The notes below the pieces were generated by a model, which worked only from the letters and a program-made list of their open reading frames with translations, ran no database searches and was not told the origin of the DNA. The translations under genes and the position numbers were made by a program. A stretch of 64,000 bases of DNA from Antedon mediterranea (lineage: Eukaryota; Animalia; Echinodermata), in NCBI RefSeq assembly GCF_964355755.1, contig NC_092672.1, forward strand, positions 4,464,001 to 4,528,000, read 5' to 3'. Numbering within the stretch: position 1 is the first letter of the stretch; the number at the start of each line of letters is the position of its first letter. Below, piece after piece: positions 12,301-24,656 of the stretch.

Positions 12301-15300
12301 CACTTACTTCTAGCTAAACAGGTGTGTGTTTCTATAAGATCAGAAAGCTATGATTATAATGTTAGTTAATGAAAGTTGGGAAAATCAAAATTGTCTTTAT
12401 CATTACCATATATCCTCGGATTTAATCCCACCCCTACTTTATGTCGGTTTCACAAACAGGCATATCTCTTGGTATAGCCCCAGTATTGACTTTGGTCTGG
12501 ATGTAGGCCTCTTTCTAGCCAGCCGAGTTTTTACAAGATATGCTTACAAATATTTTTTTTCCTGGACCAAGGTTTATAGTCCCACCTTAAAGTGTGTCGG
12601 CCCAATTTCGTGTTCTAGGTGGGTGGGATTATATCAGAGTATATACGGTATATAGAAAAATATGCATATTTGTGGGAAAGATAATTATTTTTAACAAAGC
12701 AATTACTCTACTTTCTTCCTTATAGATTGGTGTGGATAAAATAGTTGTTTTTGTCAACAAGGCCGATGCAGTGGATGATGAAATGTTGGAGTTGGTAGAA
12801 CTTGAGATGAGAGACGTTTTAAGTGAATATGGCTATGATGGTCAAAATACCCCCATAATCTGTGGGTCTGCATTATCAGCTCTTGAGGTAGTTATGCACT
12901 TGTTAATTGTATGACCCACTATACGCCCCCCCCCCCCCCTCCTCCTCCTACCGCCTCCCCCCATTGGTACGTCACAACAACGTCCTTCACTACTAAATAG
13001 TATTTGTGTATAATTATTATGTCTAGTTTGTTTGTTTGTTTGTTTTTATTGATTGATTGATTGATAGTTAAAAAAAAGTTATTTCATTTTAAATAATAAA
13101 TGTTTTAATTGAAGGGTAAAGATGATCCGATTGGCAAGGATTCAATCAATAAGCTGCTGGCAGCAGTTGATGAGTGGATACCATTACCAGTTAGAGATGT
13201 GGAGAAACCATTTATGATGCCTGTGGAAGTGGTCTATTCCATTCCAGGTTTGTATATATCTTGCCATACCGCTCAACCAATGTAAATGTGGGGGAGTAAC
13301 CTGTAACTTGCAGACTACTGGGCTGAATTGCGCACAGGTGGACGACATATACAATAACTTTCTTTTCTAAGTTTCCCTTCGTGTCAAATGCTGCCTTATA
13401 CGAGAATACTTGTTCTATCACTAGAACAATGGTGCCTTGAACCTGCGCTGAATGTATAGCTATGGTTTGCGGTGCCCCTGTCTTTCGTGTCTAGTTCTGA
13501 ATGGACCAGTACATTAGGGTAACCCTCATACTCTTCCGAAAGATGAACTGGAAGACTTGTTCTACCACCAGTGGTCAAGAATTGATTTGAACCTATGCCG
13601 ATTGTATAGGTATAGTTTATGGCGCCCCTGTCTTAACCACTTGGCCACTCGACTCAACGGTCTAATCTGTTATCATATGGATTTGACCATTTGTGTGTTC
13701 CAGAGGCCAAGATAATTTACATAGTGTAAATAAGAATGTTGAACATTAGTATAAAGATTAATCTGGATCTTTGTATAGTATTCATGAAATTTTCTTTTGG
13801 AAAGCTCGAGTAAAAATGTAAATTTTGCGGTTTTATTCCCTTTCCCATCAAAAAGAAAATTTTATGAAGAATTAGTTTTTTTAAAAATATTACTTTAGGA
13901 CGTGGAACCGTGGTGACTGGAAGAATTGAGCAGGGGGTTGTTAACAAATCAGATGATATTGAATTTGTTGGATTTAATAGAAAGATAAAATCTGTTATCA
14001 CGGGTAAGAGAAAGAGAGAGATTTATTGGTAAACATTAAACGCCGTTAGTTGTATGTCTTTTGGAATTCCTGAAGATTTGTGGGAGTTTACAGGACGAAA
14101 TAAAGCTCTGTCTACACTATTAAACTAGTTTACAGAAAAAGTGTGATGTGCCCAAATATGGTAGTCATCATGTTGTCACTTAAAGTGTGATAGTGTAGAC
14201 AGAGTTTAAGAGATAATCGTCCTGATCCTTGCTTCTTGGTCAAATTTATTTGATCTTTGTGTGAGAAATGTCTTGTTTCTACCTTTGGAGGTTTTAAGAA
14301 TATCATACACGTGTAAAAAATGGTCTTATTCTTTATTTGAAAGTTTAGCTGTTTTTAATCGAGGCAGGTATATGGATTTCTCTAGCCATAATAGCCATTT
14401 CAACAATGTTATTCAATTCAATTCAACTTTTATTTCAGACAATTGTCCATATGGTATAATACATTACACACAAAAAAAAGATGAAGGAGAGAGGATCAAA
14501 ACTTTTATCTATTGGTATATAATGCCTCTCTCCATTTGTAGTACATGTTTGAATCAATCAACAAATATTTATATATACAAATTAACATTCTATATAATAT
14601 TGTAAAGTATTTACATAAGTTGAAATTGTTTTACAGGCATTGAAACGTTTCGTAAGAGTTTAGATCAGGGACAAGCTGGGGATCAAGTTGGTATTTTAGT
14701 AAGAGGTGTGAAACGAGATGAAGTACGCAGAGGAATGATGGTTAGCAGACCAGGTCTTCTCAACCCTAACAACCACTGTGAAGCACAGGTGATTCATATA
14801 TGTATTTTACCGCAACTAAGAACCAGTTAGAACTAGTTAGCTCCACACAATCACAGTTGACTCTCTAGTTGTGATATAATAACTCTGTTATAGCTAGATC
14901 TCAGTTGACTCTCCAGTTGTGATATAATAACTGTATGTTTATAGCTAGATCTCAGTTGACTCTCCAGTTGTGATATAATAACTGTATGTTTCTAGCTAGA
15001 TCTCAGTTGACTCTCCAGTTGTGATATAATAACTGTATGTTTATAGCTAGATCTCAGTTGACTCTCCAGTTGTGATATAATAACTGTATGTTTCTAGCTA
15101 GATCTCAGTTGACTCTCCAGTTGTGATATAATAACTGTATGTTTATAGCTAGATCTCAGTTGACTCTCTAGTTGTGATATAATAACTCTATGTTTGTGAC
15201 TGGATCTCAGTTGACTCTCTAGTTGTGATATAATAACTCTGTTTATGGCTGGATCTCAGTTGGCGCTCTAGTTGTAATTTACCTTTCTTTTTCAATGTTT

Positions 15301-15982
15301 ATTTATTTTACTCTTTTCCATTAGGTATATTTATTAAAAGAAGAAGAAGGAGGACGACAGAAACCATTTATGACCAATTTCTCGCCAATCATGTTTTCAC
15401 ACACATGGGATTCTGCAGCTCGGATTGTTCTTCCTGCTGATAAAGAAATGGTGATGCCAGGTAAGATTATTTACTTTAGCCTTACTGTTACCAGTCATCT
15501 GTATGAATTGACCTTAATGCTAAGCTGTATAATAATACTTTTTTTTATATTTCATACGTATCCGAAAGTAGGTAACTTGCCATGGATAAACTATTCTATA
15601 ATTTATCGTGCTTATAAACTATGTCTCATTTGAGGCTTAGGGAATGGAGTTAAAAGAGTCATGAGTTACACCCAGGCTTGCACTAGGTCAGGATTGAACC
15701 CTGCACCTTTAGATTGGAAGGCAAGCACGTTAACCACCATGCCACAGCCCCACAATACTACTTACCCACTGCTTGCATGCATTTATTGCATCCAATTCAC
15801 CTTTAACTTTTATTATTTACCTTTTATACATCACAGGAGAAGACACGACAATGACTCTGGAATTATTGAAGCCAATGGTGACTCAAGTCGGCCAGCGATT
15901 TACACTCCGTGATGGTAAAATCACACTGGGCACAGGAGTAATCACAAAAGTTTTACCAAATATTGAAGTCGAAAAAAAATAA
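9322..15982 (+). CDS. TUFM: Mitochondrial elongation factor Tu, 11 exons, 451 aa
   Basis: Exons 9322-9364, 9638-9702, 10047-10188, 11401-11567, 12217-12321, 12726-12887, 13115-13247, 13899-14003, 14637-14788, 15325-15460, 15837-15982; all GT-AG, phases compatible, total 1356 nt. Motifs [52 protein letters not shown]. Exons 1-2 encode a presequence-like leader and are less certain. Confidence 0.96.
10393..10488. repeat. Tandem repeat, ~32 bp x3
   Basis: Unit TTATCTACTCTGATCTTATTCTCTCTTCTCCT in TUFM intron 3. Confidence 0.85.
10877..11206. mobile_element. PIF/Harbinger-like MITE, 55-bp TIR, TAA target duplication
   Basis: TAA|TGCACTTGTCAATTGTATGACCCACTATACGACCCC ... GGGGTCGTATAGTGGGTCATACAATTGACAAGTGCG|TAA with 3 mismatches in 55 bp. 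Nested in an older AGTAGAACC...TTCTACTGTA element (~10778-11309). A solo end of the same family is at ~12895-12930. Confidence 0.88.
12406..12648. mobile_element. Tc1/mariner-type MITE with TA target duplication
   Basis: TA|CCATATATCCTCGGATTTAATCCCACCC ... GGGTGGGATTATATCAGAGTATATACGG|TA. Confidence 0.7.
13260..13655 (-). mobile_element. tRNA-derived SINE, partly duplicated head
   Basis: On the - strand: A-box-like TGGCCAAGTGGTTAA and B-box-like GGTTCAAATC. The segment TTGTTCTA...TTGAACCT...GCCCCTGTCTT occurs twice (~13410-13485 and ~13557-13634). Confidence 0.6.
14104..14206. mobile_element. MITE family A (AGCTCTGTCTACACTATC TIR), internally deleted copy
   Basis: TAA|AGCTCTGTCTACACTAT ... 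ATAGTGTAGACAGAGTT|TAA. Confidence 0.85.
14853..15275. repeat. 51-bp minisatellite, ~8 copies, TUFM intron 9
   Basis: Unit CTAGATCTCAGTTGACTCTCCAGTTGTGATATAATAACTGTATGTTT(A/C)TAG; central copies near identical, edge copies diverged. Confidence 0.95.
15539..15750 (-). mobile_element. Full-length ~210-bp tRNA-derived SINE
   Basis: Reverse complement aligns end to end with the + strand copy at 39466-39673; A/B boxes and A-rich tail present. Confidence 0.8.
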
Positions 15983-16555
15983 ACATTTCTGAACTAGTAA
16001 TGTTATTTAGAAATAAATATTTTCATTGGAATACTGAGCCAGAACCAGGCCGTGGTTTGAAAACATTTTGAATTCTTACATACATTGATAGACAATGTAG
16101 TAACTATAGTATACATTTATATCACAAAAATAATAATAATAATAATGACTCACTTATACTGTAATATAATGGTGTGGTTCACATAGAATATTATATACAA
16201 TTATAAGGCATGGTTCACATAGAAGGGCTGTGAAACTGTGTAATGAATGGAAAAGAATGGCACTTTACACATGTACACATTTTAATATTGTTTGGAAATA
16301 ATTATAGCCTACCATGCTTTAGTTTCTATATTGTATCGTCAGTGCACCCATAACTCAAAATCACCATGTAAAGAGAAGCCTCAATATCGCATGTTTTAAT
16401 GTTATTTCGGGCATACAATATATTTTACCATTAGGGAATCCGACACGCTATTGCGCGTGCCCAGAGCTCTGGGAAGTGAATTATAGCTTGCACTAATAGT
16501 GCCACACCACCACACCATGGCGTATATTTTATACCATAGGATATAAATTGCATTA

Positions 16556-16698
16556 AGCTTTGTCTACACTATCAAACTAGTTTGAGAAAAAAGATGTGGT
16601 GTGCCTGCCTAAATATGGTAGTGATGATGTCATCATGTCCATTATTATGGGTACATCACATTTTTTGTCACATAAAGTATGATAGTGTAGAAAGAGCT
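16556..16698. mobile_element. MITE family A copy downstream of the TUFM stop (possibly in the 3' UTR)
   Basis: AGCTTTGTCTACACTATCAAACT ... TGATAGTGTAGAAAGAGCT; AATAAA signals lie both before (~16012) and after (~16894) it. Confidence 0.85.
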
Positions 16699-18572
16699 TT
16701 CAGCAAGTAGACTTGCATTTTTTATCTAAACTGGATATAGCATATTGGGTTTAAATGGATAATCAATTTTACCATGAAGGAATTATCAAATAATTCCTCC
16801 ATGATTTAACCTATAAGTAATACAACTTCACACTATGTCAATATTCCTTATGCTTGCTTGTGTAAAAAAAAGTGAAAACAAAAAAAGGTGTTGAAATAAA
16901 GAGAAAAAAATGAAACAATATATTAAGTTTTTTATTGTTGAGGGCGGAATATTTACATCTCTTTAATAACCATCATGCAGTTCGAACCAACCGAAGAAAA
17001 AAGTTTTCTGTTTCATTCTGATTTAGAGGGCGTCCTACCTTTTGCGAAATCTCATAGAAGTGATAATCTTAGCTGAAGGTAACAGTCTAAAAAGCTCTTG
17101 AAATACGGTTTTCTTGACTTGACATAGCGTTTATCAAGTATATTACTGTTTTTAATAGATAATAGTTTAGAGTGTTTACTTTTAATTTACTTAAATTGAT
17201 TACAAAATTGTATAATTTATGTGTTGCATATCCAGGCACCTCGAACCGGTTGCATTTCTTGCATGCCTCTCTAGTCTGCAGGTTTGTGACTGGTTGGTTG
17301 AATATGCCAGTAGTTGACCCTTGGAATCTACCCGGCCTGGTTCTCTGTTCGATAATGAATATTTGTCGTGTCTTTTTATGATTTTTTTGTATAGTCTGAA
17401 CCACAATCCCACGCATTTGAGGTGATAATACAATTATTTTTGTTTATGTTTTATACTTTTTCAAGCTTGATTTTTTAGTTATTTGTTTCAGTTCAAGACA
17501 ATGGCTTTTGATTGGTTATTTATAAGTTGATATACTATATTATAATTTAATACTGATCTGATTACTAGCCTATGCCTTCTAATGCACAGCTCAAACTCAC
17601 ACTGACAGTGTTCAGATCGGGGCTCAGAAAGAAGGTTTTATAAGCTGCTAGAAATCTAGTAGTAGACTTGCATCATCCAGGACGTTTCAAAAGGTACAAT
17701 TGAAAAACATCTTTTAAATACCGATGTTTGATTTGCCTATATAAGAATTTTAATTTTCTTGCAGTAGTTTCAAATGCCATACACCGTGACTTAGTAGTCA
17801 CAAAACAAAGTGACGCAAATGAATAAAATAAAAAATATCTAATTTTTAAATAATTGGGAGATTACAACATTTCTTAAGTTGTGGTTTTGAAATTTACTTA
17901 AAATGCCTTGTAATGGTTGAACTTCCTTGTTCAACATTCTGAAAGTCATAACAATACCTGAAGTACTCCATAATATCCTGCTAATAAGCTACCACCTAAT
18001 CTATGGTATTCCTTATGTATTGCATAGTCATGCAGCTGTCAGCCAACATCTCATGGTATCTGTAATTTGATTTGCTACTAGCACAGCCTGGTATAAAACA
18101 GCCAATTTGATTTGTTGAATGTGTAGGCGTGACAGAGGAGGGCAACCCTCATTTTGCATGCGTCAGTAATTTCACATGCCTCATTGAGCACCCAATGCCA
18201 CATAAGCAAACAAGTTCAGGTTCTACTTCCAAATAAATACTGCATAGTTGTCAAAATATCTAGTTAGATTCAAGTGAGTTGTTCTTTTATCTGTAAGTAT
18301 TTATGGTTTCATGTTGGTTCCTTTTACTGGATATTTTTTTTGGTACCTACCTGTACACTGTCTCTTGTACAAGTCTGTCGAAATTTGTAGTTCCAAGTAA
18401 GCCTGGACAGTAGAGTAGGTAGTAGTAGTTACATATTAATGTTTATTGCTTAGTTTTATGTTAAGTGATTAATTAATCTGATTTATTGATTCATAGTTTT
18501 GATATCAAATATTTCTTTTTTTACAAATATGTAGATTTTGATAGGGATGTGTTACATTATTGCATGAATTTA

Positions 18573-18772
18573 CAACCCCTGTCTTTTTAAAATTGTAGGT
18601 GTGCTACAAACTGCACTTCTCAATACATTTAGGGGTGCTGTAAGTGTGCTGTTTGTATTTTGGTGTGTAGAACTTTACCAAATTTAAATGTGTTGTAAAT
18701 AACACTCCTCAAGGGCAGTTTAGGAGTGTTAGGTGAGTGATCGCACTCGCTTACCTCAAATGAAAAGGCCTG
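18573..18772. mobile_element. MITE family B (~200 bp, CAGGCC termini, hAT-like)
   Basis: Same internal sequence as 49020-49218, and reverse complement of 28838-29034. Confidence 0.75.
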
Positions 18773-19324
18773 AATTTATATCTAATTGTTTTCTGATTGT
18801 ATTTTCTTGGAATTAAGCTAATTTTTCCGTATTCTGTGTATATTTAGGTTTATATTCACGGTTTTCTTTACTGTAAACATGTTATTTTAAGGTCTCCTTT
18901 AGAAAGCAAGGCAATTGTTCTATAGGTTTATATTGCTATATATATATATAATTAATGCTGTAGATAGACCACCAGGAACTTGTAATTACAATACGCATAT
19001 TCACTATACAAAAAACTAGGGGTTATCCCTAAATCACTGCTAGATATTTGTGAATGACCTTTTTTCTATTCTTTACCACAATGACATGGCATTTACAATA
19101 ATTGTGTATTTATTACAATAGGTTGTATTGATACTATTTTACTGCAGTAATTCAAATACCGTTTCACCTATTCATGTAATTATTTATCAAGCTTTTTTTG
19201 GGTAATTTAATAATACACACCGTTTATTGCAGTGACTACCTCCTACATTTATTCAATATACATGCATTAAAACAAATTATAACGTTATTATAGTAAAAAA
19301 TGTGCATTTTGACCTGATACCTAA

Positions 19325-19422
19325 AGCTCTGTCTACACTATAAGAAAACTTTATGCGACAACAAAATGTGAAGTGCCCATATATGGACATGATGATGTCA
19401 TATCACTACCATAGACAAGGCT
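19325..19422. mobile_element. MITE family A, internally deleted copy
   Basis: TAA|AGCTCTGTCTACACTAT...GATGATGTCATATCACTACCATAGACAAGGCT|TTA. Confidence 0.8.
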
Positions 19423-19697
19423 TTAGAGGAGTCACTATCTTTCAACTCTAATTTTGTGTGAGCTACAATCTAAATAATTCAAGATCCAAGAAATTAGTTA
19501 TCAAGTATAATTTGTAGGTGATCATGTAATAGTTTCAACAGGTACCAATATACTGGTACCATTGTATTCATTGGTGGTATAATGGTCAAACCAAGTCAAT
19601 TGCAGGTAATTTCTTTTTATACCTATAGTTTCTGTGAGCATACTATAAATACTATTATTTTTTTCCATTTAGCCAGTAACTTCCTGTGTTTATCATC

Positions 19698-22600
19698 ATG
19701 CCTTGTAACCTAACTGCAGAACAGAAGAAAGAGTTGGCCCGGAATGCGAGAGCCATCGTAGCCAATGGTAAAGGAATCCTAGCTGCAGATGAAAGCACAG
19801 GTAAATTTTGATGTCTGAAATTCTTTTTCTTTGTGCCATGCAGTATTTAGGCTACTGAAATTAGGAAGCCTAACATTAACAAATATAGCAAGATGGACAT
19901 TTTGTGTTGGTAAATTTTGTTTAAATACAATTTATTAAGTATATTAAGCAATCCTTTATATTCAATGTTAATCGCTCCTTTATATTTAACAGGAACAATT
20001 GGAAAGCGATTTGCGTCCATCAATGTGGAAAATGTCGAAGAGAACAGACGTCTATATCGACAGCTCCTGTTCACTGCTGACAAAACTCTTGCAGATTACA
20101 TCGGTGGTGTGATTCTTTTCCACGAGACATTCTATCACAAAGCTGATGATGGCACTCCTTTTGTTGACATCCTCAAGAACCTTGGAATTGCACCCGGAAT
20201 CAAGGTAATGCCGTGTCTACACTATCAATCTGTGACAAAAAAAATGTGATGTTCTCATATATGGACACGATAATGTCATATGATGAGTAATTTGTTATGT
20301 ATATATTAATCTTATGTATTTATATTTTAGTCTTTAAGGCATCCTGTAATTGGCGATATCGCTGTTGGATGTATGTGAAATAAAATAAAATCAAAATATC
20401 ACTACCATATTTGGGCACGTCACACTTTCTTTTGTCAATATAGTTTGATAGTGTGGACAGAGCTCAAGTTGCTTGACTTGTGGATGCTGCAACAGTCGCA
20501 ATATTGTTTTGAGGTGCATTGTGGAATGGATACACAATTATAGTGATTTTCATTGCCATTGTCTGCATCTTTTACATTAACAATTTCTATCTCTGTACAG
20601 GTTGACAAAGGTGTTGTAGCCCTCGCCGGCTGTGACAATGGAGAAGGTACAACCCAAGGGCTAGATGGCCTATCAGAGAGGTGTGCTGAGTACAAGAAAG
20701 GTGGTGCAACGTTTGCTAAATGGCGTTGTGTCCTCAAGATATCAGACACAACTCCATCTGAAGTTGCTATGAGAGAGAATGGCAACGTTCTCGCTCGTTA
20801 CGCTAGCATTTGCCAACAGGTTAGTAACATTGAATTAATTGAAAGAATTTTTTTTTTGTGCTTCAAAATAATCTCCTATAACTTTATAATAATAATAATA
20901 AGAATTATTAATTTATCAATGAATATTAACAAGGAGTGAAAATAGGCTAAAGGCCCATTTACACTAGGACAATAACGATCGACGATAAATAGACAAATGT
21001 GCATTTTTCATACATAAAACAAAAGAAATATAAAAACTTTTCATTCTAGAACTATAGAATAACCATCTATGCTTCCTTTGATGAAAATGATATTATCACA
21101 CGTCCAATCAAATGACGTCATGATTAGTAAGAGCAATAATATCGTAAAAATACAACGATTTTATTGTTTTTATTTATCATGACGTTATTTGATTGGAATT
21201 TTTAAAATATTATTTTTATCAAAGACAGCCTAAATGATTATCCTATAGTTCTAGAACGAAAACCTTTCTAATTTATTTTGTTTTATGTAAAAAAAATGCA
21301 TGTTTATATATTTATCGTCCATCGTTATCGTCCTAGTGTAAATGGGCCTTAAAGCCCAAACAGGTTACAATACAAACATTTAGAATAAAAACTTATATAC
21401 AAGAAAATTAAACATTTATAAAACTATACATAACAAGAAATAAACTTTGCTGAAGTAATGAAGCAATAATAATGGTATATATTTCACAATATGATATTCT
21501 CCCTGTAAACATGATTTTACAGGTTCAAGTCTGATATGACCTTTTATGTTGACCTTAACTGATCTGCAACGTAAGTAAAGTAGCAAGAGGTCATAGGTGA
21601 ATGTTACAGGTTATGTTGCCTTTTAAGTACCTACAGACTTGATTAATATAATAAGGTATGTTTTATTCTTGTTTTAAAATGTATATATTTTATCATTTAG
21701 AATGGTCTTGTACCAATTGTTGAGCCGGAAGTTTTGACAGATGGCTGCCATGATTTGGCAAGAGCACAAGACGTCACTGAAAAGGTATACAAATAGCTAC
21801 AAATTTAATATTTTATTTTTTATAACTTTTTAAATAAATGGAAATTCTATTAAATCTACTACAAAAATTCTAATAAAACTGTAAAAAGCCTGCAAAATAT
21901 ACAGAACAATAATGCAGTAATATTTCTGAAATACTAACAATAAATCTGCTTAATATTTTGTTTTGACACCGTAACATAGATAATTATTTAGCAGAATCAA
22001 ATTAATTTATCATTCATTTGTTTGAATGTTTACTTTATTTGTTTTAGGTCCTTGCTGCTACCTACAAGGCACTCAGCGACCACCATGTTTACCTTGAGGG
22101 CACTCTTCTAAAACCAAACATGGTTCTTCCCGGAGCATCTTGTGCAACAAAGTTTACTCCACAAGACTGCGCCGCAGCTACTGTGCAGGCTTTACAACGA
22201 GGAGTTCCCGTAGCTGTTCCCGGAATCACCTTTTTATCTGGTGGGCAGTCGGAAGAAGATGCTTCCATTCATTTAGATGCTATGAACAAGTTGCCAGGCA
22301 AAAAACCATGGGCAATTTCATTCTCGTACGGGCGTGCTCTACAAGCTAGTGTGTTGAAAGCATGGAAAGGCAAAGCTGAGAATGTGAAAACAGCCCAAGC
22401 TGAATTATTAAAGCGAGCTAAGGTGAGTTGGTTTGCATTTCATTGCTGTATAAAGTAAACCGACAAAGATGTGTATACAGGTATTCCCTAAATAGGGTAA
22501 TGTGTGTATCCCCTGGAGGTATCCACTGAATAGGGTCATCCCCTTGAATAGTGTCATCCCCTTGAATAGTGTCATCCCCTTGAATAGGGTCATCCCCTGA

Positions 22601-22966
22601 ATAGGGGTATCCCCTTGAATAGGGTTATCCCCTTGAATAGGGTTATCCCATTTTATTTCGTATTCTTCATTTTATCTTCTATTCTGTCCGTTGATGAGGG
22701 TGTGTCATAAAGAAGGTTTACTGTAGTGACTTTACTATTTGAACACACTGAAATTACTGCAATGTTTGGAATAAACGCTTTTTTGTACACATGCATACAA
22801 GTTTGCATATACAGTACTGTATTGGAATGATTAAGAGATTTAAATATTTACATGCTTTTATTTTAAAATTTAGGCCAACAGTGAAGCAGCCCAAGGCAAA
22901 TACGAAGGCGGTGTGAAAGGGTTCAGTTCAGAAGAATCATCATTTGTCGCTGGATACTCTTATTAA
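19698..22966 (+). CDS. ALDO: Fructose-bisphosphate aldolase class I, 6 coding exons, 361 aa
   Basis: Exons 19698-19800, 19993-20204, 20601-20819, 21701-21784, 22048-22422, 22874-22966 (1086 nt, GT-AG, in frame). Motifs [49 protein letters not shown] (Schiff-base Lys), [18 protein letters not shown]-terminal Tyr. AATAAA at 23668. Confidence 0.97.
20209..20464. mobile_element. MITE family A copy interrupted by a ~115-bp retroelement 3' end
   Basis: Family A halves at 20209-20281 and 20396-20464; the insert ends CATCCTGTAATTGGCGATATCGCTGTTGGATGTATGTGAAATAAAATAAAATCAAA. Confidence 0.8.
20951..21349. mobile_element. ~400-bp fold-back MITE with TAA duplication (Harbinger-like)
   Basis: TAA|AGGCCCATTTACACTAGGAC ... 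GTCCTAGTGTAAATGGGCCT|TAA; the arms remain imperfectly complementary for ~185 bp each. Confidence 0.9.
22455..22725. mobile_element. MITE family C copy with an internal 18-bp minisatellite
   Basis: AGTAAACC ... GGTTTACTGTA termini; tandem GAATAGGGTCATCCCCTT units at ~22490-22650. Confidence 0.65.
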
Positions 22967-23845
22967 AACAATCACCCATTGCCATGACAACAGTAAACAA
23001 AAGTAATTAGTTTAATAAACAATTGATGTCAACATTAAAACATAGTTATTAATATAGATGGTAAAATCATGTTAGATTTTATTTTTTATAGAATATAAAA
23101 AATCTAAATGCATTTGTGGGATTGTTTCAATTGTATTCTTGAGGTAAACAACATTCTTAATGTTCCATGGAAAAAAAATAAATTTTTTTTTCTCCATGAT
23201 TTTGTACCATGCAGATTGAAATGTGTGTTTGGTTGTTGGATTATATTCTTTCAATCAAGTTTAGTGTAGTATAATATTCTGGAGTTTGTTAATAATTAAT
23301 ATAATATTATTTGGAAATAAAAAAGCAATAGTATATTGACATAATTATGTCACGTGGAGTAGCCTACTGTATCAAAAGTATAAGTATAATATTCACAGTG
23401 TTTGTAGTATAATTTTCAGAAAGTATTTAAAAGTTCTAATTCCCAACTGGCATTCAAAGAATTCTTTTCTCTGTCTGGTTTTAATTTTTTTCCTGAAATG
23501 ATAGTATTTTAAAATTACATTCCTAGCTCCTGGACAACTTTGTCAAAAATCACATATTACTACAAAACACAACTACAGTACCATTGATATTGTTTGGTAG
23601 ATGGTGCTTTCATATAACGCGATTTATCAGTACATATGTGAACCCTTGTCAATGTAGTGATGTTCGAAATAAATCAATCTGAAACCATACAGTGCTTGTG
23701 ACTTATTGTTTATTTTGATGGTCTTTTTGTAATATACAGTAACAGTATACAGTACTCATGGATGTAATGTTTTGCATGTTCAAATATTTGTTACATATTG
23801 CCCTCTATAATAATGGATTACAGTTTTTAACACATGTACCATAAT

Positions 23846-23965
23846 GTCTACGGCCATACCACGTTGAACACACCGGTTCTCGTCCGAACACCGAAGTTAA
23901 GCAACGTCGGGCCCGGTCAGTACTTGGATGGGAGACCGCTTGGGAATACCGGGTGCTGTAGACTT
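23846..23965 (+). rRNA. 5S rRNA: 5S rRNA gene (solitary copy)
   Basis: 120 nt GTCTACGGCCATACCACGTTGAA...GGGAATACCGGGTGCTGTAGACTT; helix I intact (GTCTACGGC/GCTGTAGAC); box A AGTTAAGC and box C TTGGATGGGAGACCG present. Confidence 0.95.
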
Positions 23966-23968
23966 TTT
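23964..23968 (+). terminator. Pol III terminator (T5) of the 5S gene
   Basis: TTTTT immediately after ...TGTAGAC. Confidence 0.8.
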
Positions 23969-24656
23969 AGTAATTTTTATTGATACAAAGAAAAAATAGT
24001 GTGTTTACATACATTTGTCATTTTATACAGTTTTTTTTAATTTCAATTTTAATGTCACGCGTGTGAAACATTTAATTTTAGTCACGTGATTTACTTTGTT
24101 TATTTTTGTGTGTACTGTACTTCCGTACTACCAGGGAAGATTAACTCTTCCCTGGTACTACTGACAGTACTGTACTCGACTCACACGCCACACACGTGCA
24201 GCAGCTAGGCCGGCCAGAGGGCTAGGAGGGGAGAGAGAGGGACACACAAGACATTACGTAATTACCAGCTGGAAAATTGAGGGTATCGACTATTGCGCCA
24301 CCACACTGCTGAGTGTAAATAGTACTAGATACTAATTAAATTAAGCCTAGTAGTAGTACTGTAGTCGTGTAGTAGTAGCTAGTAGGGCTAGGCCTACCTA
24401 CAGTACAGTATGAATGAGTAGATAGATAGTAGCCGCATGCAGCTAGCTAAGCTGGCTAGAGGTCTCTCTAGTACTAGTAGGCTAGTCTAGGTTAGCTATC
24501 CGCTAAAGGAAGGTAGGGCAGGGCCTATATGCTTAGCTATCTATGCCTATCAAACTTAACTACTATCTTACTTAACCATATATACATACGCATATAGATC
24601 CCACCATTCTTCATTGACTCAACTGTGCACTGTTTGAGGTTTCCTAAAAATAAAAT

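Noticed and set aside
19380-19412. C/D snoRNA suggested by the TGATGA box
   Set aside because: The word is part of the family A MITE interior and has no matching D box or terminal stem.
24540-24650. Inverted 5' piece of the CR1 (twin-priming-like), weak RMVG.I motif on the - strand
   Set aside because: Requires several frameshifts and stops; similarity is too weak to claim by eye.
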